DNA of 64,000 bases from contig CAWCMR010000005.1 in NCBI GenBank assembly GCA_963796685.1, forward strand, positions 1 through 64,000, given 5' to 3'. The notes under the pieces were generated by a model. That model worked only from the letters and a program-made list of their open reading frames with translations. It had not been told where the DNA came from and searched no databases. The translations under genes were made by a program, and so were the position numbers. The stretch comes from an uncultured delta proteobacterium. Its GTDB lineage: Bacteria > Myxococcota_A > Polyangia > Fen-1088. Below, piece after piece: positions 40,202 to 50,740 of the stretch (its first letter is position 1; the number at the start of each line of letters is the position of its first letter).

Positions 40202-41599
40202 GTGCACAGCATCACCTATGCCGAAGAGAATCTCCTCGAGTTTCTCCAGAATCACGACATACCCGCGACGGAAGCAGCAGCATACGCGGTTACCTTGTGC
40301 CGAGGATACGCCACGTCGCGCCAATCCCTGCGCGACATCCTAGATATCTTCCTTCCGGCGCGCGAGGACAATGACGAGTCGGAAATCGCGAAGCATCTTG
40401 ATCACCTGCTTCAAATCGGCTTGTTGCAGGCGAGACGGCTCCCGGATGGCGAAGTCATCTCGGCCGCACATCCATGGCAACAAGCGCTTCATAAGGCCCT
40501 ACACCTTACAGACGGCTTGGATCGCGTGCTGGTCAGGACAGTTGAAGACAGCCGCAGATCATTCCAAGCAAAGTCACCACGAGAACTTCGCCTAATCGAA
40601 CGACTTGGCTCCGCCTCGTCTCCCCCTTCAGAGAAAGCACTTCAGCGTGCCATCATGGATGCCAGAAGCAGGTTACGCCTTGGCGTCTACTCCTCTCAGG
40701 GCTTGTTCCATACTGTCAGTCCCATTGTTCGACGGTCGCTGATTGACAACAAGGCTTTCGACGTTCAAATACTGATGTTTTCACCCGAGCTCGCGGCATC
40801 TATAGAGAAGAACGGGAACCTTGCTCGCCACGTTGAGAATCGCACAGCCGCGTGGCTGCAGCTCTTCGAGGGCGCCCGAAAAGAAGCCGAAGGTCGCGGG
40901 AACAAGCCTAGAATGGAGATTCGTTGGATTGACAATCCGCGGTTGATCGCTTTTCACCGTACTGTTCTCATCGATGAAGACGTATGGTTCTATGCGATCC
41001 ACCGTGTCGGAAAGGAGAGAGGCATCGATGCTGTTCTCTATCGCGGAACAGAGGGTGAGAGCAATATCTATAAGATGCTCGACTTCTATTGGCAGACAGC
41101 ATGGGCCGCTGCTCGACCGACTGTTTCGAGTGGCCGGCCCAGGCTATTCATCGGCTCTTCTTCAGAAGCCCTTCCGACTGCCCGCGCCCTGTGCGAAGCT
41201 TTGGAACGAGATGCAGAGACGACACTTTGGGACGATGGCATCTTTGAGCCTTCACTGACGCCGCTCGAATCGTTGGTGAAGAAGCTCGATGACTTCGACT
41301 TTGCCGTCCTGGTGGCGAGCGGTGATGACTCAACGGTCTCACGGGGTATTGCTGCGCCTTCCCCACGCGACAATGTTCTCCTTGAGCTCGGTATGTTCAT
41401 CGCTAAACTCGGACGTCATCGCACCTTTGTTGTGTCGAAGCGTGAGCCACATGCGAAGTTCCCCTCCGATTTGGCTGGTGTCGAGATTGTCACCTTCGAA
41501 GAGCGACAATACCAGAACCCCAAGGCGCAAGTCGCAGCCGCTAGCAACCGAATCCGAACCGCAATGTCCACCCTGGGGCCCATCAGGTCAGGGCGATAA
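40202..41599 (+). CDS. Protein with an uncharacterised N-terminal region and a C-terminal CAP12/Pycsar-type TIR domain
   Basis: [30 protein letters not shown]...LG, PSDLAG. Confidence 0.82.
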   Translation: MHSITYAEENLLEFLQNHDIPATEAAAYAVTLCRGYATSRQSLRDILDIFLPAREDNDESEIAKHLDHLLQIGLLQARRLPDGEVISAAHPWQQALHKALHLTDGLDRVLVRTVEDSRRSFQAKSPRELRLIERLGSASSPPSEKALQRAIMDARSRLRLGVYSSQGLFHTVSPIVRRSLIDNKAFDVQILMFSPELAASIEKNGNLARHVENRTAAWLQLFEGARKEAEGRGNKPRMEIRWIDNPRLIAFHRTVLIDEDVWFYAIHRVGKERGIDAVLYRGTEGESNIYKMLDFYWQTAWAAARPTVSSGRPRLFIGSSSEALPTARALCEALERDAETTLWDDGIFEPSLTPLESLVKKLDDFDFAVLVASGDDSTVSRGIAAPSPRDNVLLELGMFIAKLGRHRTFVVSKREPHAKFPSDLAGVEIVTFEERQYQNPKAQVAAASNRIRTAMSTLGPIRSGR

Positions 41600-41752
41600 T
41601 GCCTTCGCGCGAACGAACCTCGGAACCGAGGCGCATTCTGATTCTCGGTGGTGCGGGGTTTGTCGGGTCGCACCTCTGTGCGGATCTTCTCTCCGAAGGA
41701 CATAAGGTTGCGGTCTTTGACAACCTAAGCAGTGGCCGGCGAGACCGCCTGG
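41599..41752 (+). pseudogene. NAD-dependent epimerase 5' fragment cut by sufS copy 5
   Basis: [14 protein letters not shown]...FDNLSSG followed by an abrupt switch to sufS sequence. Confidence 0.85.
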
Positions 41753-42098
41753 CGAGTCGTTCGGCATGGCGGCCATCGAGCGCTACGAGGCCGAGCTTCT
41801 CGCCTACGCGGAAGCGGCCTTGACCAAGGTCCCCGGCCTGCGCCTCATCGGCAAACCCAAGCACCGGGCCGGCGCCATCTCCTTCATGCTGGGCGACATC
41901 CATCCCCACGACCTCGGGACCGTGCTGGATCGCTATGGCGTCGCCATTCGCGCCGGACACCACTGCGCCCAGCCCACCATGAAACGCATGGGCGTGCCGG
42001 GAACCGCGCGCGCCTCGTTCGCCTTCTACAACAAGCCCGAAGAGGTCGACACCTTGGTCGACTGCCTCGTCGAGGCCCAGAAAGTGTTCCGCCAATGA
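41753..42098 (+). pseudogene. sufS: 5'-truncated sufS, copy 5 (from native position 5759)
   Basis: Homology begins at CGAGTCGTTCGG. Confidence 0.92.
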
Positions 42099-42574
42099 GC
42101 GAGCTCGACGACCTCTATCAGGAAGTGATCCTCGATCACCAGCGCAACCCGCGCAACTACGCCAAGTTGCCCACGGCCAACCACCAGGCCGAGGGCGCCA
42201 ATCCCCTGTGCGGCGATCACGTCACCGTATACCTCGACGTCAAGGACGGGGTCATCCGCGACATCAGCTTCCAAGGCGAGGGCTGCGCCATCGCCAAGGC
42301 CTCGGCGTCCATGATGACGTCGGTGGTGAAGGGAAAGTCCTTGGCCGACGCCTCCGAGACCTTCAAGCGCTTTCACCAAATGATCACCGGCGGCCAGGAT
42401 CCCTGCTTCGATCTCGAAGACCTGGGCAAGCTCGCCGCCTTCTCCGGCGTGAGCGCGTTCCCCGTGCGGGTCAAGTGCGCGAGCCTCGCCTGGCACACCT
42501 TGAACGCCGCCATGCACGAGACCACGACCGCGCCCACCAGCAGCGGCGAGCCCAACAAGGAGCCCCAGAAGTGA
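42095..42574 (+). CDS. sufU: SufU copy 5
   Basis: Intact ORF MSELDDLYQE... Confidence 0.9.
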   Translation: MSELDDLYQEVILDHQRNPRNYAKLPTANHQAEGANPLCGDHVTVYLDVKDGVIRDISFQGEGCAIAKASASMMTSVVKGKSLADASETFKRFHQMITGGQDPCFDLEDLGKLAAFSGVSAFPVRVKCASLAWHTLNAAMHETTTAPTSSGEPNKEPQK

Positions 42575-42978
42575 CGGCGACGCCCGATCCCCAGCGCGCA
42601 CCCGACCCGCCATCCGACCCGTCACCCGACCCACCCTCGGGCTCCACCGCCAACGATGCGGCCACCACCCAGTTGGAGCGCCTGGTGTGGCAGGAGCTGC
42701 GCGAGTGTTACGACCCTGAGATCCCCGTCAACATCGTGGAGCTGGGGCTCGTGTACGCCATGCGCTCCGAGCCTCTGCCCGAGGGCGGCCACCGGGTCGA
42801 GGTCCTCATGACCGTGACCTCCCCTGCCTGTGGCATGTCCGAGATCCTGCGCTCCGAGGCCGACGAACGCATCCGCAAGCTGCCCGGCGTCGCCCAGGTC
42901 GAGGTGGCCATCACCTTCGACCCGCCCTGGCCCCCCGAGCTCATGAGCGACGACGCGCGCATGATGCTGAATTTGTGA
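42571..42978 (+). CDS. sufT: SufT copy 5
   Basis: Intact ORF; DPPWP replaces DPPWT. Confidence 0.85.
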   Translation: MTATPDPQRAPDPPSDPSPDPPSGSTANDAATTQLERLVWQELRECYDPEIPVNIVELGLVYAMRSEPLPEGGHRVEVLMTVTSPACGMSEILRSEADERIRKLPGVAQVEVAITFDPPWPPELMSDDARMMLNL

Positions 42979-43034
42979 TTGGGGAGAGCGCAGAGGGCGG
43001 AGGAGGACGCGGAGGGCGGAGAAGCTCGGGAGGG

Positions 43035-43323
43035 TCTGGCCGACTCCTCAAAGGGACATTCGAGACCGACACGATCTGCCCTCGCTGCAAGAGCCCTCTC
43101 CGCCTCATCGCCACGATCGAGACCGAGGACACCATCAAAAAGATTCTCTCTGCCATGGGGCTACCCAGTGAGGGGCCCAAACTTTGGCCCCCACGATCGG
43201 CCGCCTTCCGGGGCGCCTCCCGTTGCCATTTGGGCATCGCCTTGGAGTGCGGAGGTCGATCCGCCCATGTTCGAGGTGCCACATCCCGCGTCCCGCTTCA
43301 TCGGTCGAAAGCGGCCCATGCTC
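43035..43323 (+). pseudogene. Degenerate C-terminal remnant of a related IS91/ISCR transposase with a possible eroded right end
   Basis: RLLKGTFE...CPRCKSPLRLIATIETEDTIKKILSAMGLP; ends near GGCCCATGCTC. Confidence 0.75.
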
Positions 43324-43338
43324 GAAACTAGAAGATCA

Positions 43339-43719
43339 TCAGGCGTTCGCCGCTTTTCTGGCCCGTCGGGCGGCGATGAATGACCTTACAGTCAGCGCCA
43401 GAAAAGCCAAGCAAAGGACCGCCATGATGGATCGGGCCATGGCCGCTGGCGGACGCTTGATGGTTTCCCCGGCTGCCATTCTTACCAGTTGACCGATGCC
43501 GGTGACCGAACCCGCGAAGCCAATCAAAGCGGTCAACGCCGCTCCATGCATGGCATGCATGTGAATTTTAGGATTGCGCGCCAGAACACCGAGCACGACC
43601 AGCACGACGCCCACCGCCGCCGGAATCAACGACGTCGGGTGTTGCGCCCCCGTACTGAAGTATCCGGCGATGCCCAGCGCTACCAGTGCGACCCCGAATC
43701 CGATGGTTGTCCTTGTCAT
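43339..43719 (-). CDS. Small four-TM membrane protein
   Basis: LGIAGYF, TSLIPA, HAMHGAA, VRSFIAARR. Confidence 0.75.
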   Translation of the reverse strand: MTRTTIGFGVALVALGIAGYFSTGAQHPTSLIPAAVGVVLVVLGVLARNPKIHMHAMHGAALTALIGFAGSVTGIGQLVRMAAGETIKRPPAAMARSIMAVLCLAFLALTVRSFIAARRARKAANA

Positions 43720-44233
43720 GGCCAGAATCTAGCAGGCCAACCCCACCAACGCTGCCCAACTGGCGTGCTGCCAAGGACATCTGACCTGCTATGCCGGCAG
43801 ATGCAAAGTCGAGGCGCCGGCTTGCCCGGCCGATGGTGGCCTGAATTCGGCCGTCGATGCGGAAAGCGGCGACCTGGCGACCCTTTCCCCCACTAGGCGG
43901 AAATATCGTGAGCGTGTCGGGGAGCTTCGACCTGACTGACGAGAGTCGCACTCCGGCCGCCGGTTTGCGCCGACCGATGAGTGCGCAGGAAAGCACGAGC
44001 CGCCGCCGTAGGGCTTTTCCACGCCAAACAAGCCCCCGTGTCTTTCTTCTCCGCGCAGACCCCGGAGAAGGCGCGCGCGGCACTTGAGGGCTGGAGAACG
44101 TCGAGTTCGGACAGCCTCGACCTGCCCACTTGGCTGGGCAGGTCGGCGGAGCCCCATCCGTCCGTCCGTTTACCATCATAGGTCCGTAGGTTACAGGTGC
44201 AGATCCGTCCGCAGTGTTCAATACTGGCGGCAC

Positions 44234-44881
44234 ATGGCCCGAAAACCCGCCGATGCGTCCTCGAAGGGATCAGCCGATTTTGCGCACACCCCTTTCGCCC
44301 GTCTCGCAAATGAGCCGCAGCTCGCCCCCATGGCTCCTTCCCCACCACCGGCTCGCAACCCGGCGTCACCCCGTCGTGACCGGTCCGCGCCGCCACCCAG
44401 AATTGGCGTGCACCATGAATCCGTCGGGCGAAGCGGCAAGGTCGTCACGCGCATCGCCGGCCTGCCCCATGACCTGCTCGAGACCGTCGCCGACCGTCTG
44501 AGCAAGGCCCTGGGATGCGTTGCCCAGGTGAACGAGGCGGACGTGATCCTGGAGGGCGGCCTGAAGGAACGCGCCAGCGATTGGCTGCAAAAGATCGGAG
44601 ACGTCCGCAAACTTAACGATGAGAAGCCCGCACCCGCCAAGGCGGCCGCACCTGTACCCGCTGCCCCGCGCCTAGCCGCCACCACTGCCTCGGGCACCTA
44701 TCGCCGGAACATTCGTCCAGGAATGAAAGTCGCCATCGTCCTCAAGGACGACCAACCCACTGGCGAGCTGACCACCGGCGTAGTTCGAGATCTGCTGACC
44801 AGCAGCGACGAACATCCCCGCGGCATCAAGGTCCGCCTGCAATCCGGCCAGGTTGGTAGGGTGAAAGTCATCTACGCTTAG
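44234..44881 (+). CDS. SUI1/YciH-like domain fused to a YwbE-like domain
   Basis: GRSGKVVTRIAGL...LSKALGC; C-terminal IVLKDDQPTGELTTGVVRDLLT...HPRGIKVRL.SGQVGRV. Confidence 0.75.
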   Translation: MARKPADASSKGSADFAHTPFARLANEPQLAPMAPSPPPARNPASPRRDRSAPPPRIGVHHESVGRSGKVVTRIAGLPHDLLETVADRLSKALGCVAQVNEADVILEGGLKERASDWLQKIGDVRKLNDEKPAPAKAAAPVPAAPRLAATTASGTYRRNIRPGMKVAIVLKDDQPTGELTTGVVRDLLTSSDEHPRGIKVRLQSGQVGRVKVIYA

Positions 44882-45307
44882 AGGCCAATCGTCTAGAAGA
44901 GACCGTCCATCAGGCCGCGACAGCGGGTACGGGCCGACCCGGCCGTGCAGTCTGTCCGTTCACGCGCTCCGACTCGGAGAAGGCATTTCGAGTGTCTTCT
45001 CGATAAACCTGCATGCCGATGTCGGTCACTTGCTCCTGGGTAAACGCGGTCAGAGAACCAATGACATTGGCAACGTAGGCCGACCGAAGTTGCACCACCG
45101 CGGGCATCACGGGCGACTGCCAGACGCCATCGCCCGTGACCGCGTTGGGCAGCCACCCAACCAACGGCTCGGTACCGGCGTAGATCTCCACGACATTCGC
45201 TGTACGACGTCGCTGGTCATCCATTCTGGTAAAGCAGCTCTCGCAATCGCAATTAACTTTCGCCGCGAACTGCCGATGTGTGACGATGGTTCAGGTCGAG
45301 AGGCGAG

Positions 45308-46681
45308 TTGCAGGCGAGCAGTATCACATCCGCGACACGTCCTCTTCGACGTTCGCTTCGAGCATGTATGGCCGAGGGGCTGATGGCAGAGATCTTTGCT
45401 GCCTGCAGTGGCGGTGCCGTGCTCACTGGATGGGCGATTTACCTCGGCGCCGATCCCTTGCTGACCGGCGTCGTGATGGCGCTGCCGCAGATGGCGCAGC
45501 TCTTCCAGATCCCGGCGGCGTGGACGACGTCGCGGCTGGGGGCGCGGCGCGCAGCTATTGTGTTGGTCGCCCTCCAGCGGCAGGTCGCACTGCCACTTGC
45601 CGCCCTCCCGTGGTTGCCTCTGCCGGCCAGCGCATCCCGTGCCGTGCTGGTCGTGGTCACGGCCCTGGCCGCGATTCTCAGCGTGCTCGGCAACAACGCT
45701 TGGGTTTCGTGGATGGGCGACTTGGTCCCGCCCGGTATCCGCGGCCGCTACTTCGGACGACGCACGGCTCTATGCACTGCCGGCGGTTCGCTCGCATCGG
45801 CCGCTGCCGGTCTGCTGCTCGACGGGTCGCACCGGCACGGCCTTGGTGGAGAGGGTCTAGCGATCCTTCAAGTACTCGCCTGTATCAGTGGTGCGCTCAG
45901 TGCGATGTTGATGGCGCGGCAACACCAAGGGCAAAGCCCTGGGGGGCGAGAGGGTGGATTCACCCTCCGCCGTGCGCTGCAGCCGCTTCGTGATCGCAGC
46001 GTTCGCGGATTTTTCGGATATCTCATTGCCTGGAATATCGCCATCGGCATTGCAGGCAGCTTCTTCTCACTCTTCATGCTGCGCGATTTGCGCATGGGAT
46101 TCACCCTGGTCGCGGTCCAGAGCATGGGTACCGCCGTCGTGCGCATCGTGGTCGCTCCGACCTGGGGTAGTCTCGTCGACCGTCTGGGGGCTCGCCCGGT
46201 CATGGTGGCTTGTTCGTTTGGCATCAGTCTGGTGCCTATCATCTGGCTGTTTCCGACCCCCACGTGTCTGTGGCCGTTGGCGCTCGACTCGTTCCTCACG
46301 GGCGTACTTTGGTCGGGTCACAACCTGGCCTCGTTCAATTTGCCCCTGGCGGTCACGCCGCGGGCCAGCCGGCCGTTCTACCTGGCCCTTTTCGCTACTG
46401 TGGCGGGCGTGGCGTTCGCGTTGGCCACTGCGGCGGCAGGTTTGCTGATACCCGCACTGCCCGAGCACATCACCGTCGGCGGCCACCCGATGAACGGTCT
46501 CCAGCAACTCTTCGCGCTCTCCGCTCTGCTCCGCCTGCTTGCATCGTTCGTTGCGCTCCGCATGGAACATGCCTCGCCCCGAGACGTGCTCATCGTAATG
46601 CGCGCCGCGCGCTCGGCGCTGCCAGGCTGTTTGATGAGGCGCGTGTTTCGGCATACCAGCGGCGACACCGGTCCCGGCTAG
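45308..46681 (+). CDS. MFS transporter
   Basis: About 12 hydrophobic segments, WMGDLVP..RGRYFG, WGSLVDRLGARP. Confidence 0.85.
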   Translation: MQASSITSATRPLRRSLRACMAEGLMAEIFAACSGGAVLTGWAIYLGADPLLTGVVMALPQMAQLFQIPAAWTTSRLGARRAAIVLVALQRQVALPLAALPWLPLPASASRAVLVVVTALAAILSVLGNNAWVSWMGDLVPPGIRGRYFGRRTALCTAGGSLASAAAGLLLDGSHRHGLGGEGLAILQVLACISGALSAMLMARQHQGQSPGGREGGFTLRRALQPLRDRSVRGFFGYLIAWNIAIGIAGSFFSLFMLRDLRMGFTLVAVQSMGTAVVRIVVAPTWGSLVDRLGARPVMVACSFGISLVPIIWLFPTPTCLWPLALDSFLTGVLWSGHNLASFNLPLAVTPRASRPFYLALFATVAGVAFALATAAAGLLIPALPEHITVGGHPMNGLQQLFALSALLRLLASFVALRMEHASPRDVLIVMRAARSALPGCLMRRVFRHTSGDTGPG

Positions 46682-46949
46682 CCTGCCGGGTTTTGCCGAC
46701 GCTACGGCACCACCGAGCCCTACTTGACGATCGGATGGTCGAGCCGCGGGCCGTGCCCCATGGTCGGAGCAAGTAGACGCGACGCTGGCGCCCACGGCGA
46801 TGGCACAACCCTCACTGCCGCTTGCCTCCCACGGACCGCCCTGCTAGCTCACTGTCTACGTCGAGAATGCCGGGGACTTCCTCGTGCCGGTCGATGCCGT
46901 TGTCTCGGTGCAATCGGAAAAAGTGACGTTCGACTGCCGGAAGCTTGAG

Positions 46950-47743
46950 CCCGGGCTGCGGTCCGCCATCGGGCACGCGCACGACGCGGAACGACTTTGA
47001 GCCGCACCGCCCAGTTGCACGGCCGTTGACGGGGTGGTGGGTCTTAGAAGAACATCCATGCTGCATCGGAGTTCCTGACCCTGGCCTCGGCTGGCCAACT
47101 TCCCCAGCTCGTCTATGTGTGGAGCCCGGCCGGATTTGACGAGCACCCGCCTCAAAGGTCCGATCCCGAGTACATTGCCCGCGGACAGGACTTGGTATGG
47201 CAGCGCATCGACGCCGTCGTCAAGGCGGGGCTGTGGCAAGACACGATCTTCATTCTCACCTGGGACGATTGGGGCGGATAGGCCAATCACGTGGTGACCC
47301 CGGCATCCGAGATCGTTCCGGATGCGCTGCATCCCCAGGGGTTTCAGGTCGTCGGTGGCTCGCGCATTCCTCTCATCATGTTTGGTGGCAAGGTTCGTCA
47401 GGGTATCGACAACCGCTGGCATTCCCACGCCAGCATTCCCAAGACGGTAGTGGACATTCTGGGCCTCGGACCCACCGGGATTCCGAGAATCGATGGGGCG
47501 CCCTCGCTCGCCGGGTGGCTATCATCAAACCTCAGTCGCCCCACGCCCCCCGCCTACGGCACACAGATTGAACAACCCACACCGCCTAATCCGTCTCCCC
47601 GACCAGTTCCCCCCTCGAAGTGGGATGGGCCTATGCAGCAGCCGCTAGTGCCACTTGTGGTCAACGCCGGCGAGCCGATTCCAGCGCCCACCGACGGCGA
47701 GGTAAAGGTGAAACCACCCAAAGTGCCGGTCGCTGGTGCCTGA
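46950..47743 (+). pseudogene. Decayed phosphoesterase/phospholipase C-family gene
   Basis: ILTWDDWGG followed by a TAG at about 47279, then GSRIPLIMFG and SHASIPKT. Confidence 0.6.
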
Positions 47744-47849
47744 TTTGCATTGACTACCCGAGATCCCAATCGACACGCGCGTTCATGCTCGAGACCCACC
47801 TGTGCTCCGCCTTCTTCCTGCCTTCCTGCCTTCCTTAGAGGTTTCCGTA

Positions 47850-48300
47850 GGTTGACGATTCTTGGAGCTGGGTTTACGACTACCGGAAGAAGGTTTACGA
47901 TTTCTCGGCCTGTCGACAACACGATCGGCGACACCGCGGTGGGGACATCCCCCGTACGGCACGGAACCGTTGTTCGCGTCGAGGTCGCCCACAAGCCGCG
48001 CCGGACGCTGGTCAGGATTTTCGCCGAGTACACCGAGGACTTCGCATTCACCAAGACGCGCATCGTGGTCAAATTGTTCAGCATCGGCACGCGCTTCATC
48101 TCCCGCTCCGAAGCCCGGCGCGTGCTGTCCAACCTGGAAAAGTTTCGTAGCGGCGTCGCTCAGGCGTCGAAGAGATCGGCCAGGGCTTCGCCGACGAAGT
48201 CTTCCGCGTCTGGAAGGCCTCCCATCCAGGCATCAAGCTGGAGGCCGTGTCCATGTCTGCGCCCGTGGCGTTCCTGGTGCGGCGGGCGAAGGGCGCGTAG
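47850..48300 (+). pseudogene. Fragment of a STAS-like/DUF4325 protein
   Basis: FISRSEARRVLSNLEKF, then shifted GVEEIGQGFADEVFRVW. Confidence 0.6.
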
Positions 48301-48334
48301 AGCGCGGGCCGTTTGCCCATCTTGACCCGTGTAT

Positions 48335-49980
48335 TCACACCCCGACTTGGGAAGAACAGGTCTCCGCCAAAGCGGCGGGCGCGGTGGCCATGCTCTTGGC
48401 CGTACTTCGCAAGAGCGAGGGCCTCTCTTGCCACCACGCCTGCGCCCGCGCGCGCGTCCAATCCGCGCACGAGGAACATTGCTCCAGTCGATCGAGAAGC
48501 TCGCGCGCCGAGCCTGGCCGCCAGGCCGGCTCCTTGGCCAAGCACGAGAGGACCAGCCGTTCCAGTCCCGCATCGAGGCCAGGTACCCGCCCTGCGAGCG
48601 GCGGTGGATCGTCGTGCATGTGCTTCGCGCAGATCTCGATCACGCTCTCGGCTTCGAAGACGTGGCGGCCGAGCAGCAGGTAGTAGGCAACGGCACCAAG
48701 TGCGTACAGATCGCTCCGTGCGTCCACGCGTTCAGGGCTGCGGATCGCCTCGGGGGACATGGTCAGGGGCGTGCCCATGAGTACTCCGGCATTGGTCAGC
48801 TCGGCCTGGGCACGCACGGAACGGACCAAGCCAAAGTCCAGCACTTTGACCACGTCCGGATCGCCGCCGCGCGGCCCAAGCAGGATGTTGGCCGGTTTGA
48901 TATCCCGGTGGACCAGCCCGTGTTCGTGCGCCTCCGCCAGCGCGCCGGCCACCCCGCGCATGACGTGGATCACGCGCCCCGATGGCATGGGCCCGGTGGC
49001 GTGGATGATCTGCTCCAGGCTGGCGCCTTCGATCAGCTCCATGGCGTAGTAAAAGACGCCGTCGGGGGTGCGCCCGTAGTCGTAAATCACCACGGTGTTG
49101 GGGTGGCTGAGTTGGCTGGTGAGCTGCACTTCGCGCTCGAACCGGGCGATGGCGTCCTGACCCGCCTGCGCAGGCGGAAGCAACTTGATCGCCACCGGAC
49201 GCTTCATGAGTGCGTGGCGCGCGCGGTACACCACGCCCATCCCGCCCTCGCCCAATTTCTCCCCGAGCTCGTATTGTCCCAGTCGGCGCGCGACCACGAC
49301 CTCCTCTTCGAGCCGGTGCACGACGCGGGCGATCACCGCACACACCGCACTGGTGAAGAGCCACCAGACGGTGCCAAAGACGATGAGGAAGCTGTGCTCT
49401 CGCGGTACCAGAGCAAACTCGCCCGGCAGCATGGCGGGCCAGCCTAGCCCCGAGGAGATGGTCAGCGGCAGCCCCACCACGGTGACCAGCGCCAGCATGT
49501 GCCGCACGGAACTGGGGACCAACGCGGCTCTCAGTGCCAGGATCTGCGTGGCAGCGAGCAGCGCGGTCAACATGCCAGACAGCTCCAACACGAGCCGCAG
49601 CAAGCCAGGATCGCCGCCCGAGGCCAAGCCGTGCGTACGACAGAATTCCGCGACGCCAGTTGATCAACCCGGGGTTGGCCAACCGGATGGCGAAGCACGC
49701 CGCCAGCATGCTGATGGAAACGGCCACAAGCTCGACCCCACGGACCACCCGCAAAGGCCGGGCCTTCCCGCGGGAAAACCACCACAGCCCGACCATGACG
49801 AGGTTGGACAGGGCGAAAAGTAGGTACGCCTGCAAAAGAAAATGCGCCCTGGGCAAGTCGGACACCGCTTGTACGGCCATGCCAGCTGCGGAGCACCACG
49901 CCGCCACGCGCGCGAAGAGCGCCGTGCGTTGCTGGATGTAGTACGACGTCCCCGTGCTGGAACTGTGAAAGACACATCCA
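48335..49980 (-). CDS. Membrane Ser/Thr protein kinase; apparent frameshift near 49630, start uncertain
   Basis: LGEGGMGVVY, VAIK, HRDIKPAN, DFGL; upstream TM segments lie in another frame. Confidence 0.85.
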
Positions 49981-50740
49981 GCCGGAAGAGCGGGCGAGCT
50001 CGGAGGGATCACACGCTCAGGATAGCTCAAGAATGTCGCCACGTAGCCTTCAGCCGCAAGGCCATGGTCACCCGCACCGGCGAGGCACCCAGGATGGGGA
50101 CGACCCAGATCACGAGTCAAGCGGTGATGGGGCAGTATTCGATGGAGAACGGCTTCTTCGGCCGCGTGTCCACCGCCGGGACCGATGCCACGCTCTCCCG
50201 ATTCGGGGGCACGGTGTTCGACATGGCGACCTCGGTTGCTGCGACCGCCGACGGCGGTTTCCTGCTGGGCGGTTGGACCTCGGCCAGCGCGGGAATCGGC
50301 GGCAAGACGGTTTCCGCCAGCCAAGACGGGTCTGCCCTGGTCGCCCTGGTTAACTCGCAGGGACAGGCCAGCCTGGGCCAAGGTCATTCCAGGCAAGACC
50401 ATGGCCGACGACGTCGTGCTGGGGCCTGACGGCAAGGCTTACGTGGTCGGCCTGTTCGCCAACGACGAGATCCTGTACACCTACAATCCCACCGCCGACA
50501 CGCTCACCGCGCGCAAGACCGTGTCCGGCAACGCCACCGACAACGCCCTTCGCACCCACAGCGTTGCCGTGTCCACGTCGGGGACCATCTGGCTTACCGG
50601 CACGTTCCAAGGGACCATCGACCTGGGCACCGGGGCGATGTCCACCAGCACAGTGTCCGCGTTCTTGCTCAAGCTGAATTGACGGCCCCTCGGACTAGCC
50701 CCAAGCCGTAGCGCGTGCTTGGAGCCGTTGATGTTCTTGA

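Noticed and set aside
8821-41752. Classical integron or prophage
   Set aside because: No tyrosine integrase, attC-like sites or phage structural genes; cargos are multi-gene blocks with truncated ends
4848-42978. Repeated suf/ISCR blocks as a pure assembly artefact
   Set aside because: Copies carry distinct substitutions, in-frame indels, three different sufS breakpoints and two different ISCR deletions; still worth long-read confirmation
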